Below are positions 62,885 through 64,000 of a stretch of 64,000 nucleotides of DNA, one piece after another. Each line of letters begins with the position of its first letter. The first letter of the stretch is position 1. Made by a program: the position numbers and the translations under genes. The notes beneath the pieces are model-generated. The model saw nothing but the letters and a program-made list of their open reading frames with translations. It had not been told where the DNA came from and searched no databases. The stretch is taken from assembly GCA_038885755.1 (NCBI GenBank), contig JAVZZH010000001.1, positions 224,001 through 288,000 of the forward strand, written 5' to 3'. This DNA comes from Candidatus Caldarchaeum sp. Its GTDB lineage: Archaea > Thermoproteota > Nitrososphaeria_A > Caldarchaeales > Caldarchaeaceae.

Positions 62885-64000
62885 TATGGCCTAGCGGAGA
62901 GGACAACGGTCAGCTCCACGGCCTGCGAACCCCTCAAGACCGTCAGCGAGACCGTCTGCCCGGGAGACGTCCTCTCCTCCAAGTAGAGGAGTAGCTCATC
63001 CATCGAAGACACTTGACGGCCGTCGATGGCGGTGATGATGTCTCCCCCCACCCTGACGGGCGCGCCGTTGACAACCACGTTCCTGTCCCCGCCCCGTAGT
63101 CCAGCGCGCTGCGCAGGGCTGTTGGGGACGACGTCGACGACCAGTACACCCTTTGAAACGCTTGCACCCATGGCCGCAGCTATGTCGATGTCGAGCGAAA
63201 CGGCTGAGATACCCATCCAGCTCCGCTGGTAGGAGCCGTTCTGAATCAAGGCTGGAACAACACGTGAGACGATCGACGAGGGGACTGCGTAGCCTATTCC
63301 AACGCCCGAAGGCTCGATCGCTGTGTTGACGCCGACAACCTCGCCCTTTAAGTTAAGCAGCGGGCCTCCCGAGTTCCCCGGGTTTATGGCGGCGTCTGTC
63401 TGTATGACGCCGGGTATGGAGTATCCTCGCCCCGTAGGCAGAAGCCTCCCCTTCTGGCTAACTATGCCCGAAGTCACTGTGCCCTCAAGCCCGAACGGGT
63501 TCCCGATAGCCACAACCGGCTCTCCTATCTTCAGCTCGGAGGAGTTCCCCAGACGCAGCGGCTTCAGCCCTTCAGGCGGGTTCTCTATCCTCAGCACGGC
63601 TATGTCGCTGTCAACATCCGCGCCCACAACCCTAGCACTGTACGTGGAGCCGTCGCTGAAAACAACCCGGAACGACGTCCCACCTCTTACGACATGCTGA
63701 TTCGTCACAACATGCCCTAAGGCGTCGTAGACGAAGCCCGACCCAACCGTAGACCCGGAGGCGAAGAAAACCCTCACCATGACAACAGAGTCTTTAACCA
63801 TCTCGTAGAGAGAGCTAAAGTCCGACGCCTCCAGATTGTGCACAACCACCGTCTCCACTCTTACGGTCTGCGGAGTTTTCTGAATCTGGGCCGCCAGCGT
63901 CGATACCTGGAGGATGAGGCTCCTCGTCTCAGAGTGTATGACCAGTGTCTGGTAGATGTTTAACAGGGTTAAGGCTGCCACCGCTAGGACGAGAATGGTG
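62884..64000 (-). CDS. htrA: HtrA/DegP-like S1C serine protease with PDZ domain, N-terminus beyond the window edge
   Basis: GSGF, TNQHV, DIAV, QTDAAINPGNSGGPL and PDZ SPA..AGL motifs; frame open to the window end. Confidence 0.95.
   Translation of the reverse strand, partial: TILVLAVAALTLLNIYQTLVIHSETRSLILQVSTLAAQIQKTPQTVRVETVVVHNLEASDFSSLYEMVKDSVVMVRVFFASGSTVGSGFVYDALGHVVTNQHVVRGGTSFRVVFSDGSTYSARVVGADVDSDIAVLRIENPPEGLKPLRLGNSSELKIGEPVVAIGNPFGLEGTVTSGIVSQKGRLLPTGRGYSIPGVIQTDAAINPGNSGGPLLNLKGEVVGVNTAIEPSGVGIGYAVPSSIVSRVVPALIQNGSYQRSWMGISAVSLDIDIAAAMGASVSKGVLVVDVVPNSPAQRAGLRGGDRNVVVNGAPVRVGGDIITAIDGRQVSSMDELLLYLEERTSPGQTVSLTVLRGSQAVELTVVLSARP

Noticed and set aside
1-64000. CRISPR arrays, IS elements, rRNA; apparent abundance of GTCGAC/TCGA words
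   Set aside because: No regularly spaced repeats, transposases or rRNA seen. The TCGA abundance could not be quantified and may simply reflect GTC/GAC/TCG codon preference.

Overview
Gene-dense archaeal chromosome segment, most consistent with a Candidatus Caldarchaeum-like (Aigarchaeota/Caldarchaeales) organism. The main evidence is a eukaryote-type ubiquitin operon (Ub-E2-E1-small RING, divergent Rpn11) whose Ub closely resembles that of Ca. C. subterraneum as I recall it. Housekeeping content includes Dpo4, thiamine salvage genes, a heme-copper oxidase operon, scattered nuoI/H/A, GlyRS, the HMG-CoA synthase/thiolase/DUF35 operon, a 2-oxoacid:ferredoxin oxidoreductase with an ADP-forming acyl-CoA synthetase, ABCE1, Cdc48, an ESCRT-III protein, RIO1/Dim2, class II RNR, SufB, AlaX and HtrA. 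RNA genes are three tRNAs (Lys-UUU, Pro-GGG, intron-containing Tyr-GUA) and two candidate C/D-box sRNAs read directly from intergenic DNA. Most notable: (1) the Ub operon sits in a larger locus with a second, membrane-anchored RING protein, three coiled-coil proteins and an Rpn11 with an amphipathic C-terminal tail, suggesting a membrane-associated ubiquitin system; (2) a tRNA-adjacent four-gene cassette (tandem DUF350, catalytically degenerate PrsW, Zn-ribbon-tailed surface protein, M6 protease) flanked by degenerate direct repeats; (3) a NuoI with a ~130-aa insertion and a mevalonate-operon thiolase lacking its catalytic cysteines. No CRISPR array, transposase, integrase or rRNA was seen. 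All family assignments come from motif recognition, not database searches.
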